DNA of 64,000 bases from Vicugna vicugna (lineage: Eukaryota): the NCBI GenBank assembly GCA_013265495.1, contig MU057521.1, positions 1,686,335 to 1,750,334 of the forward strand. The letters run 5' to 3'. The notes under the pieces were generated by a model. It was not told the DNA's origin. It ran no database searches and saw only the letters and a program-made list of their open reading frames with translations. This document shows, one piece after another, positions 1 through 12,090 of this stretch. How positions within the stretch are numbered: the first letter of the stretch is position 1; every line of letters begins with the position of its first letter. The position numbers and the translations under genes were made by a program.

Positions 1-3000
1 CAGTTGGTTTATTTAGTTGATGCATGCCAGCTTTATTTGGAGTTGTGAGTAGGTAGCAAAAATATGTAAAATTGTTGAAAAAATATGTAAGACTGTGATA
101 GTCTGCAGAGTTAATCTTTGTGGTTTTAAAGTCCTCTTTGAGTGCTAAGAGCTTCTCTTGAAGACAGTTAAATAAACAATGAGATTTGTTTAACTTAGAG
201 GGAAGTGAAGTGCTCACACTGGCAGCCTACTAATGTACTGATTATTGGACTTGAGCCAAGGCATTGCCCGACTAGAGACAAAAATTGCAGAATGCTTCAT
301 GTATCTTTAGGAGTTTGAATTTGCAGATACAATGCTTAGAGACAGGATACTTTTGTTTGCTGCGGCATTTGCCTTTCACATTTTAAAGTCCAAGTGCTGT
401 ATTGTGTCTAGGAATGTTTTGGACCTCTGCTAGCAAGAATTGCTTGATCTTAGATGATACTTCATGATTAAGTGAGTTTTATATGTGAACTTAATACATT
501 GAAAATACGTGCTAACCCATGTGACCCAGGGACCTGGGCTCCTTCCATCCTTTGGTTCACCATCCCCTTGAGCCTCCTCAGAGAGTTCTCCTGGACTGTG
601 TTCATCCAGCTGCTCAGTGGGTGAGGAGCCTGTGAAAGAACACGGGTGGTGTAGGCCGTATTTTGTTGGCCAGAACCAGTTGCATGGCTCTAGCTGAATT
701 CCAAGAGAGGCTGAGAAATGCCGTTATTGTGTGTATCCAGGAAGATGAAATGAGATTGTTGAACACGCTGCCAGTCTCTACCAAAATAGCACATGTAATA
801 TATGCTGGTATATGCAAAATAGCATTTTGATACGTTCATATAAAGAATTGTTTCAATATGTTTTGTAGCCATGAAGATTTTATTTTGTTTTCTTGTTTTG
901 GATGTGTGATTTAGGTTTTCTGATGTATGTTCTAAGTCATTCCTCTCAAACCTCCCTGTGTGTTTTGAGTCATGACATTTTCTGATTTGTTGCCCTGCTA
1001 AAATTAAAACTTCTCTGTGATAATTTAGGATTGAAAAGTATGATCTGGAATTACAATATAATTATAGATAAATCCATTACAACAATATATTGCTCCTATA
1101 AATCATGATGAAAATGAAGAGCTGACTTTGAAATTCCTGATATAAGATTCCCTAGTACCTGGGAATTCATGTTCCTCAAAAGTTTTTGTTCTTCTGGCCA
1201 CTTTATTTATAGTCTGAAGACTGAGCTAGCACATAGTTCTTTCCTATTGTCAGCAAGTTTTGGAGACGGATTTGGCTCTGATTTCCGGGGACACTAAAAA
1301 TGATAAATGGACATTATTCCTGCTGTAAACACAAGCCTCTCGTTTATTCTGCTTCCTCATTCTTCCTGGTGTGATCTCTGCTGCTCATCCTTTTGTCACA
1401 CCCGCTTTGTTTGAATGTTTGTATATGTATTTGTTTGTTATCATACTCATAATGAACTTTTTGATGAAAATAAAGACAAGCTATTTTTTCAAAACTGTGT
1501 ATATACTGTAACTAATTCAGCTGAATGGCTTTCATTTGCTCATTGATAGCACCCCTTTCCCTTTAAAGAAAAAATTCCCTTCTAGAGAAGAAGCTTGAAA
1601 TCATTGGCTAATAATTCCAGGCAAATGTTTTCCTCTATAACATAAACTAAAGATTCTTAGAGGCTAGGAATTTGTTTTGAGCCACCTATTTTCTCTCCTG
1701 TTCTTTCTTTTTTCCAAATGTAGTTTCAGATTGTGTAGTTTTTGTAATTTGCTGTGTATGCTGAGAAGTGGCTGTTTTCTTTGGCCTAAACGTAGGAGTG
1801 GTCTCATTCATGTGGCAGGGAGCTTGTTGAGCACTTTGGCTGTTCCACACATTCCAGATACTGTGCTAGGCTTTGGTTCTGCACGTCTGGGAAGAGTCAT
1901 ACCTACTAGACTGTGTGTATATCTTACTCTGGAATCCACAAGCCAAGGGATGCAGCTAATTAGAGGAACTCTAAAGCCCAGGGAAAAGTTCTAGGGTTCT
2001 CAGCCTCTTTAAAAATCAAGACTTGCTTGTGAATAAATTATTGGGTTACCAAGGAATTAAATCAGTCTTAGATCTGAAAGACTTAATAAATAGCTTTTAT
2101 CATAGCAAGCACTGCAGAATCCATGTGAGTCAATTACAGCTATTTCCTTTTCATCATAGTTGTTTGGAAATGCTTTTTTATCCCTTGCTAAGTGTTTTGC
2201 TGCTCCTTATAGTGACAATCAGATAGTGATTTATGGCAAAGTAACCTCTCCCTCTAACTTTCCCCTTTTGGTGAAAAGCTGTTCTTTTTGGGGTTGGGAA
2301 CAGAAAGGAAAGACAGTGTGGAGTGCTAGATAAAATTAGAATACTATTTGTCTGTGTACAAATACAAAAGTTTTCACTTGAAAAATTGTATGTTTTTTTC
2401 CTTTCATGTTTTAAATGTTTTCTTTTAATCATTCTTTAAAAAGTAGTGACTTCACATGTCTTATTCAAACATAACTACTTATCATGCGAAACCTATTTCC
2501 ATTGTGGGGAGTGGATGTGGGTTCACTTTTGCTAATAATATGGCTTATGTGCTGTTTTTTTCTTTCACACGTTCTTAGGATGTCTAGAAAGGCTTCTCAT
2601 TCCTCTAGGGAAAATATTCAGTAGTGGAAGCTTGCTTATTTTTGCTCATTTGGATTTATAGCTGACTTAGAATTGCTGGCTGGGAAGAACTGAAGAGGAA
2701 TCAGGAGTCATAAAAAAAAAGTCATGCATTTTTTGATTTAGCAGAATGAAAATGCAGAAACAGTCATCAATAATGAAAAAATGGGTAAATAAATGATAGT
2801 TATGGAGTATCTTGCAAGTCTTTTAGGTAGAAAGGCTGAGAACCTCAGAAAGTGTATGATACAATTTGAGGAGGCTAAAGCAGAATATAAAATGGTGTGC
2901 ATGTTATGATTATAAGTATGTGATTCACACATTTTTAAAAAAACTAAAAAGAAAACCCAGAGTGTTTATAGTACTACCAAGAAAGTAGGATTATGTTTAT

Positions 3001-4344
3001 TTTGTTGTTTTTTAAACTCCTATTTTTCTTTTAAAATTTTGATGATACAACTGTATTTAAAATAATAATTGGAAATAATTTAAGTGGAAACATAGTGAAT
3101 TTTGTGTGTGGTTCTGAGAAGCTTAAAGTAAAGATCTTGAAGTTTTCTATACGTAAATCATAGGAATGAGATAACTGTGGGAGGTTTTGTATTTTTTTTT
3201 GAGATTTCTTATAAGTTAAGGGATAGTGATCTGTTTGGAGTGGGTGAGTTTTAGACATTTGTACAAAATACTTTAAGGCTAGTTTTAAAATGTCTGAATC
3301 TAGACTCAACATCTTTGATGTAATCAACCTTGTAGGGGAAAGGGTTGGTCAACTGAATGTTATCTACTTTGATAGAGGGGAGTGGAAGACAAGGTTTTTA
3401 GGAAATTGTTTTGCTTGTGAAATCTTTTTGTTTATAGAGGTCAAATTATACATTATCAATATGTATTATAAAGTGGAAAGTGAACTCTAACCCCGCCTCT
3501 GAGAGAGAATCACTATGGGAAAGAATTTTGAATCACATTGCATTTTACATGATTGAGTAGATACTGTTCTTTGTTACCTCGTCAAATCGTCTTGCCTGAA
3601 GTCTGTTGTTCGCAGCAAAGGAAACTGAAGTGTAGATTTTTTTTTTTTGGAGGGGTGGTGCTTTTTTGTCTTTTGTTTTACTGTGTCTTCGGAGAGAGGA
3701 ACAGTGGTGTGGGTTATCCAAAAATTATTCATGCTTGATTTAAGATTTTTATTTTAGTATTTGCTTGTGTGTGTGTGCCTGGCTAGAACATCCCAGCACT
3801 CCTAATACACTGCATCTCCCAGTGGAAACTTGACTCAGCCGGAGCCGGAGCTGGAGCTGGAGCTGTCCGGCCCCGTCATCCTGATTCCCACCCCCACAGC
3901 AGTATGTGTCACCTCCAACACAGGTCGCAGTTTGTATCTGCAGGAGGTAGCAAGTATGTTGTTTATTCTTTTGAGAGCAGTTGGAGTGAGTGGGGGTGTA
4001 CTGGACCGTAGGCATTCTGAGATTCAAGATTTAGTCATTCCTGAGTCCTCCGAAGCCTCATGATATATAGGAATTTGTGACTTTTCTGAGGCCCAAATTT
4101 GAATCAAGCCTGCCCTGAGGCGTGCTGCCCAGCTCTGTCATTTCAGCGAAGCTCAGCTGTTCTCCTAACAAATGGTGTTTCACGCTTTCAAGCTTGTGCC
4201 TTACCACACTGTTCTTTGCGGAGAAATGCCACAGAAATAAAGTCAGCCAGGAAAGCCGGTGATGAGAATTCGAAAGTCCACCAAAGTGAGGGGTTTTAGC
4301 CAGAAAATAGAAGTTGTAGGTAATTTAAGAATGTTGTATGTGAA

Positions 4345-4505
4345 GGGGGAGGGTATAGCTCAAGTGGTAGAGTGCATGCTTAGCATGCATGAGGTCCTGG
4401 GTTCAATCCCCAGTATCTCCTCCAAAAATAAATAAACCTACCACCCCCCCCCAAAAAAAGAAGATCTACCTCTCTAAATCTGAAATAAAATTTATTTAAA
4501 AAAAA
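4345..4505 (+). mobile_element. tRNA-Ala(AGC)-derived SINE, camelid Vic-1 type, with target-site duplication
   Basis: Head ggggagggtatagctcaagtggtagagtgcatgcttagcatgcatgaggtcctgggttcaatccccagta carries Pol III A and B boxes, followed by an AT/C-rich tail and poly(A). TSD aagaatgttgYatgtg at 4327-4342 and 4506-4521, preceded by a TT|AAGA L1-endonuclease-type site. Confidence 0.9.
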
Positions 4506-5010
4506 AAGAATGTTGCATGTGGCAGAAGCTTAACCAATCTATGGACCTGAACAAATCTGCCATCCATTATAGTGGAAATGACAACAAAAAGTTAGTGAAG
4601 CTGTTTCAGTGATTGTTCTAGCCAAGGGGAAAAAAATTCTCATCAAATGAGAAAAAGAAAACTCAGAGAATGTTGGAAGGACTCTTAAGGTCTGGTCTGG
4701 TTGTAAGATGAGACTGCTGTTTCTGGGAAGTAACAGATGGTGAAGACATTGAACTGACAGGTGCAGGTTGATTTGATGAAATTTTTCAAATGTGACTTTT
4801 TGCCAGATATGAGGTTAATAAGGGGAGGCCACACCAGCTAGCCATATATTACTCCTAGAACTGAGCAGAAGCAGCTCATGGAGCGGGGGGGGGGGGTTAT
4901 AGCCTCTCTGAATACAAAATTATAATGAAACCCACATTTGAAGAAAGTACTTTATCTAGATACATGTCCCAAGAAGAGACATGAGCATCAGATATTCAGA
5001 CAACTAAGGA

Positions 5011-5165
5011 ATAGTGGGTCTCAAATTGTGGTCCTCAGAACTGCAGCATCAACAAAATCGTGGGTCCCCACCCAGAGTAATTCTGGGTCCAGCTCCTGCA
5101 GTCTGTTTATAGCAAGGTCTTCCCAGTGATTCTGGGGGCATGCTGAAATTTGAGGCCCTCCACTG
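5011..5165. mobile_element. MER5A-like hAT-Charlie DNA transposon relic
   Basis: Termini tagtgggtctcaaa...tttgaggccctccactg and internal ccagtgattctg motif typical of MER5; recognised by eye. Confidence 0.7.
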
Positions 5166-6270
5166 TAACTTGTCTTCATGTAGCATTTCCTTTCACTATT
5201 TTAATTTAATATCATTTTCTGTGTATTACATACAATGTATAGTCATCTTTATTGCTTTGATTTTTCAGATTTTTAAAATTCATGGCTAATGTTACTATAG
5301 AGTTTGCTTTGTGAATTTTTTACAGAATTATTTTCACCCTGTGTTTACAGAACCTGAAAAGAGTGTGAAGGGGTAGCTCACATTTTCCAAGCACTATTTT
5401 AATGAATATTATAGTGGGAATTACAAGTGCTAGAGGTATTCAAGGGTTTAGAGATTAGAGAAGTGTTCAGGGCATGGCATTTCTCAGGGGAAAGGATCTA
5501 CACTAATTTGGGAGATATAAATAAACCTAATCAAATTGAGTAGCTGTCAATAAGAAGCAAGATTTACTGGGCAGTTGACTTTATATCTTTTGATCTGATG
5601 CATAAATTAACCCTGAATCTTTTTAGCAGTTGTCATTTTCATTAGCTAAAAGCAACTAGCCTTCAGTCGTTTCAGAGCTCCTGCCAGCGCACCTTGCTAG
5701 GCTTACTTAGCCTTTCAGCTCTGAGATGAAGTTCCCAGGTGCCAATTCAGTGATCTGGTCTCTAGACCTTGTAATGGAGTCATCTAAATCCTTCTGCCAG
5801 CTCTTGAAATGAGCCTAGGCAGGTAATTCAATTCAGTCTTTGTCCCTGCAGGTAGTCAAGAGGGATTTAAGGATTTATATGCAATAAGAAACATGCTTTA
5901 GAGTTTTATCAGCCTAAGCTCTAAAGGCAGAGAAGGTGAGGTGAGAATTGAATGTTTTCACTCATTGCTGACCATTTTCAGCTCCAGGGACGTGGTAAAT
6001 TCTTCCATTGACTTTTATGTAGTGATCAAGCTTTCTCAGTTTTTGGTGCCGTATTATCATGAATACTTTCATTCTCTAAGGTTTTGAAAACTGTGATTGC
6101 CTAATGGGCTGTTCTTACTCCTTTTTCACTATTTTTTCACTATTTTATTTTGGACCTGCACTAGGTTATATAAAGTCTTGTAAATATTTTTGTAGATTAT
6201 TTTAGTGAAATGTAGGTTATTAATGTTTCACTATGTTCAGGTAAATAGAATTAAGTGAACATAGTAAAGT

Positions 6271-6808
6271 TGTATTAATTACTGCCCCAAAACTTAGTGG
6301 CTTAAAACACCACACATTTATGATCTCATAATTTCCCTGAGTCAGGAATTCTAGAATGGCTTAGCTGGGTAGTTCTGGCTGGAGATTGTCGTATAGTTTG
6401 CAGCCAAGATGTCCTAGAGGTGCAGTTCTCTGGGCTTGACAGGGCCTGGAGGATCTGTTTCCAACATGGCTCAGTCACGTGGCTGCTGAAAAGAAGCCTC
6501 AGTTCCTTAATGGGTGTTGGCACGAAGTTTGTCCCTCACCTTGTGGGCCTTTTCATGGGGTTCCTAGAGTGTCCTCCTGACATGGCCACTGGCTTCCCCA
6601 GAGGAAGTGATCCTAGACAGAGTAAGGTGGAAGCTACTTGCCTTTTTTGACCTGGTTTCAGAAGTCACAAGCAGCTGTCGAGTCAGCCACATTCTATTTG
6701 TTAGAAGTGAGTCACTAAGTATAGTCCAAAGCAGAGGGAGTGCTATTAAGCTCCACCTGTGAAGGGAAGAATTTTTAAAAATTTATGGACTAACTTTTAA
6801 CTACCATA
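6271..6808. mobile_element. MLT1-type (ERVL-MaLR) solo LTR
   Basis: tgtatt...ccccaaaacttagtggcttaaaaca...caggaattc...ggcttagctggg...gaagtcaca...ctatttgttagaagtgagtcactaag are characteristic MLT1F/G/H motifs. Confidence 0.8.
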
Positions 6809-7759
6809 GTGATAGACACTAGAACACATGTAGCAGACATGTAATTGGCATTAACCAAATTTGTACTTATTTCTATGTTGTTCAGTAGTTTTCTAGTTAA
6901 AACAGGTGTTTCTGCTGCTGTATATGTTCCTGAAAATTCTCACGTTCTCCAAAACTGTAGATTAAAAATAAAAGTGTTCATGGGAAAACAGAGTTGGAGA
7001 GGGGCAGAACTCCAAGTCCAAGCATCCTTATAATCAAAATACTAACGAAAATAATAATGGATACCTCAGGAGATAACCTGGACAGCCTGGACAGGTAGCT
7101 TTTTGTGGCTGGAAGTTGTTCACCTCTTAGGGAATATTAAAAATGCACAATAACAGAAGAGGAGAAATGCTGGCTTGTGGGCATTGAGACAGTGCATTTA
7201 CTGTGGGCTTTTCCCTTTGCTTTAGAAAATTATAATTCCAGTCCCAGTGTTCTGGCTCCCCTTGACTAGAGTAAGTCCTTATGGACCACTACTCTGCATA
7301 GTATACTGTCTTCATTTCCCTATTTATGATCGTATGTGATATTGGTATTAATGAAACATATGTCGAAGCAGAGCAGACTGTAGTTAGTTTTCCTTAAATA
7401 AACACTTCTCTTCTAATCATGTTTATTTAGTAAAATTCCCTGCTGGTAGGTAAAACTGAAGTAGACTTCAGTTTCAAAAGTTCCTGGTCAAAATGCTAAG
7501 TTAGTGAGATCCAAAGCAGTGATATTTAACGGTATTCTTCCCTTCCACCCAGAAGTTGAACTTTTCTCATCTTGAGGAATAACATTTAAGTGTAGGCTTT
7601 AAACTACAGAAGAAAAGAGAAGTAGAAAAAGAAAAGAAATGAGCAAAAACCCAGACTCTTTTTTTTTTAATGAAAGGATTTGTCTGATCATCAAAATAAT
7701 CTCTGTTCTTTGATCCAAACTGCTGTTTATACAGGGTTTTTGTTAACGCAGTTTACTGG

Positions 7760-7876
7760 GTTTCATCCCCAGAGACGCCAATTCTCTAGTTCTAGCGTGG
7801 GGCCTGAGAATTTGCATTTCTAATAAGTTTCCAGGTGATTCTGGTACTACTGGGACCATACTTTTAAAGCCACTGT
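7760..7876. mobile_element. MER5-like hAT fragment
   Basis: ggggcctgagaatttgcatttctaataagtttccaggtgattctg...gggaccatactttt...ccactg. Confidence 0.7.
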
Positions 7877-8554
7877 GTCTGAAGCAGTTGTTAACAATAA
7901 TCTGTCCTCCTCCCACCTGAGTCAACAAAGAAGTCTGTTTTAGAAATCTCAGCCAGGACTTTTCTATTACAGTAGCTCCATCCATTTATCTTAGTTAGAT
8001 CTGTTGGGGTGGGAGTTCTAATATTTGTGACAGAATAGAGAGATTAATGAACTATGCATTATTCTACTTACATTTGTTTTTGAATGTAGGTAGAATAGTG
8101 CTTAACCAGCAGTGAATCATTCAGAAGCCAGAATGTCTTAGACTAATGCTTACGGATGTGGAAGTCAAGAGGGACCTCTGAGTGGAGGAGAAGACTTGCC
8201 ACAAAGTTCAGTCCTTTACTTTGAAAAAGGGTAGAGAGCAAGCTTTAAGCCTGTTGTTCTAGGATTGAATGTAAAATAAGGAAGTAAAGTAGAAGTTGCT
8301 CATAAACTCATTACTGTCAATAATTGGAAAAGAACTGCTATGTTAATACTGAAGTTTGGAGCCATTTTTTGGTCCAGGGCAGATAGCTCTTCCAGTCTAC
8401 TGGCCCCACAGAGCTTCTCTGAATTTCTGAATAAAGTAAAATATTGATAACCCACTCTTTAAAGAGAACCTGTAATTATGTTAAACATACTTGTATAATC
8501 TATAACAATGAACAGTAGGTATTAGAAAGAGTTAAATTAAAATATATAGCACTT

Positions 8555-11500
8555 TGTTCCAAACAAGACGGAGTAACAGAGACTGTATTTACTCTTTAAA
8601 GAAGAAACGTTTGAAAATTAGATAAACTTCCTGAAACAGCCTTCAGACATTGCACATCAGGCAGCATAGGACACAAGGCTCCACAACAAATGCGCTCCCT
8701 GAGAGAGGGAAAGCAAGTTAAAACAGCCCTACGAATGTACCACTTTCCTGATGGCGGGGAAGAGTTCTGGGAAGAGGAACCCAGGCAGGGTCCAGTGTTG
8801 ACCCTGAATTCAAGAGACAGAGCTGGCAGTCCATTGAGGCTAAGCCGCTTGAGTGTACAGAGTAGAGCGCTGGAGAGAAAAGAGCCGCTCAGAGAGTCCT
8901 GGAGATGGATGTGCACAGTCATCACGGAGCCTTCATCTGCGTGCTGATCAGCACATGTATATGTGAAGAAACTATCCAAGTCTGGGGTTTAAAAAAAAAA
9001 CACTGAAAAGGAGCAAAGGGAACAAACCTTGAAGCTCACCATGTTCCTATTAGCCAGAGTGGAAAATCTTACCATTTAAAGGGTATCAGTTAAAGTATTG
9101 CTTGCTAACATCACTATTATAGCTCTAGACTTAAGGCCTCTCTGGTCTTACATGACAAATCTTAGAAAACAAGCCTTGTAGAACTGAACTGTTTCCACCT
9201 AACTTAACTGTGTCCTAGAACAAAATTCCATAGTATTCAGAGAAATCCTATAACATCCAGCACTCAAGAAGATGCAATGCATAATGACTAGCATCTAAAC
9301 AAAAACTACCAGGTGTGCAAAGAAACAGGAAAATGTGACCCATAAAGAGGAGAAAGCAAATAAAATTGACCCAGAAATGATATAGATGACAGAATTAATT
9401 GACAAAGACATTTAAGCAGCAATTATAATTATGTTCCATATATTCATGAAGGTAAAAGAAAGCGTAAGAATGTTAAGGAGTGACATGGAAGATATGTACA
9501 TATGTATGGATGTATATATGTATGTGTGTGTGTACCTAGATTGAATTTATAGAGGTGAAAAGTGTTCTAGATGGAATTAACAGTAAGTTAAACACTGCAG
9601 AAGAAAAGATTAGTGAACCTATAACCACAGTATACCTGAATTTGTGTAATGCAGCTAAAGCAGCACACAGAAGGAAATTTATAGCACTTAAATGTAATGT
9701 CTGTATTATGAAAAAAGCCTCAAATCAATGACCTCAGTTTCCATGTTAAGAAAATAAAAAAACAAAGTATAAATTAATCCCTACATTAGTAAGAGGAACA
9801 AGAATGGTAAGAACAGAAATAGATGGAACCAAAAACAGGAAAACTACAGAATGAACCCAAAAGCTGGTTCTTTGAGATGTTTAATAAAGTTGATAATCTT
9901 CTAACCAGACTGATCAAGAAAAGATGGAAGAGTCAAGTTACCAATATCAGGAAGGAAAGAGGTGACATCATTATAAATTTTGTAGATATGTAAAATGATA
10001 ATAAGGAAATACTGTGAACAACTTTATGCCACCTGTATGACAATTTAAATGAAATAGATGAACTTCTTAAATGTCAAATTACCAAAGCTTAACCAAGAAG
10101 AACTAGATAATGGAATAGCATAGCCCTAACTCTAGTAAAGAAATTGAAATGATAGTTAATCCCCCCTTCACCCTCACACATGCACACCCCAAAAAACAAA
10201 CAGAAAAAACAAAACTTCAGGTCTAGAAGGCCTCACTGGAGAATTTGACCAAATGTTTAAGAATGAAATAATACCAGTTCCACCTAAAGTCTTCCAGAAA
10301 AATAAAAAAGAAAGATTACTTCAACTCAGTCTACGATGCCAGCATTACCCTAACACCGAAGCCAGAAAAAAGACATTATGAAAAAAAGAAAAGATTAATC
10401 CAAAATCCCTCATGAACATAAATGTAACAATTATTAACAAAGTTTTAGCAAATTGAATCCAACAATGTGTAATATTGATAATATATCATGACCAAGTGCA
10501 GTTTATCCTGGGAATGTAAGATTAGTTCAGCATTTAAGTAATTAGATTTATCATGATCATCTCAATAGATGGCAGAAGAAGCATTTGATTAATTCTAACA
10601 TCCCTTTCTTATTAAAAAAATTTAGCAAGTTAGAAATAGAAGGGAACTTACTCAACTTGATAAAATGCATCTATGAAAAGCATATATTTAGTATTATTTT
10701 TAATGGTGAAAAACTGAATGTTCCCCCCACTCCAAGATTAGGAAAAAAGAAAGGATGTCTGCTTTCACTAGTTATATTCAATATTGTATGGAATATTCCA
10801 GCTAGTGCAGCGAGGCAAGAAAAAGAAATAAGAGGTACCAGATTGCAGTGGAAGAAGTAAAACTGTCGTTCTTCGGAGAGGAGGACTCATGCTCCCTGAT
10901 TTCGAGACTAATCAGAAAGATTCAGCAATCAAGACAGTGTGACATTGGTTGAAGATAGACAAACAGATGAGTGGAGCAGGAATAACCAAGAAACGGACCC
11001 ACCCAACTGTGGTCAAAAGAGTTTTGATACATATGGTAAAGCACTTCAGTAGAAATGGATGGTCTTTTTAACAAATGGTCCTGGAATAATTTACATAGCC
11101 ATTTGTCGAAAAACAAAAACAAAAAACCCCTGAACCTCTACTTATTTCTTGCTGTGAACAAAAATTAACTTGAAATTAATAATGGACCTAAATGTAAAAA
11201 TGTAAAGTATAAAACTTCTAGAAGAAAACATGGGAGAAAAAACTTAGTGACATTGAGTTTGTCAAAAAGTTCTTAAATACAACATAAAAAGCAATGATTA
11301 CAAAAGATAAGTCAAATAATTGGACCTCAATAAAATAGAATCTTTTGCTTTCCCAAAGTACTGTCAAGAAAATGGAAAAGCAAGCCAGACTGGGAGAAGA
11401 TATTTGCAAGTTAAACATCTGACAAAGGACCAGTATTCAGAATATATAAGGAACTCAATCCAATTAAAATTGCACAAAAGATTTAAATTAGTCACCTCAG

Positions 11501-12090
11501 CAGAGAAGGTATGTGAAATGCAGATAAGCTCTTGAGAAGATGATCAGCATCATTAGTTATTAGGGGAATGCAAATTTAATCTATAATGAGGTGTTACTGT
11601 ATATGTACCAGGACAGCTAAAAGTGTTGTCAAGGAGGTAGAGTAACTGGAACTCCCCTCCACTGATGCTGGGCATCTGAAATGGCACAGCCCAGCCATTC
11701 CAGTCCTAGGGGTTTATCCAAGATAAATAAAAACATATATCCACACAAGAACATGTATACCAATGTTTTCAGTCAAAGTAGGCAAAAAAATTGGCAACAA
11801 TCCAAATGTCCCTCAGCAGATGAATCGTTTAACAAAATGTGGTATATTCATACAACAGAATACTAGTCAGCAATGAAAAATGAAGAACTCTTGACACACT
11901 CAACAAATAGACAAAAAGTGACAAAAAGCAGACCAGTAGTTGGCTGAGCATGGGAGGCCATGGGTGGGGGTGGGAGGGAGAGGGAGAGATCACAATGGGG
12001 ACAAGGAAACTGTCGGCGATGATCAGTGTGCTCCTTTTCTAGTGATGGTTTTGCGGGTGTCTATGTGTCAAATTTGACCAAATTGCTATG
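8555..12090 (+). mobile_element. Old, internally deleted LINE-1 (L1M/L1MC-like), sense to PHLPP1; 5'UTR, ORF1, ORF2 and 3'UTR remnants
   Basis: ORF 10585..10860 resembles L1 ORF2 reverse transcriptase (..KLEIEGNLLNLIKCIYEK..IIFNGEKL..GCLLSLVIFNIV..RQEKEIRG). 11681..11866 resembles the ORF2 C-terminus (WQQSKCPS..NKMWYIHTTEY). A-rich + strand, G-rich 3'UTR at about 11950-11990, many stops and frameshifts. Confidence 0.9.

Noticed and set aside
4345..4420. Apparent tRNA-Ala(AGC) gene, likewise at 24239, 43941, 51095 and 63385
   Set aside because: Each has a SINE-type A/T-rich tail, several have TSDs, and the stems carry disrupting changes. These are SINE heads, not tRNA genes.
4885..4896. G12 homopolymer
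   Set aside because: Isolated mononucleotide run of unreliable length with no supporting context.
8596..8979. Overlapping ORFs of 127 aa (-) and 85 aa (+)
   Set aside because: They lie in the decayed L1 5' region and resemble no protein I recognise.
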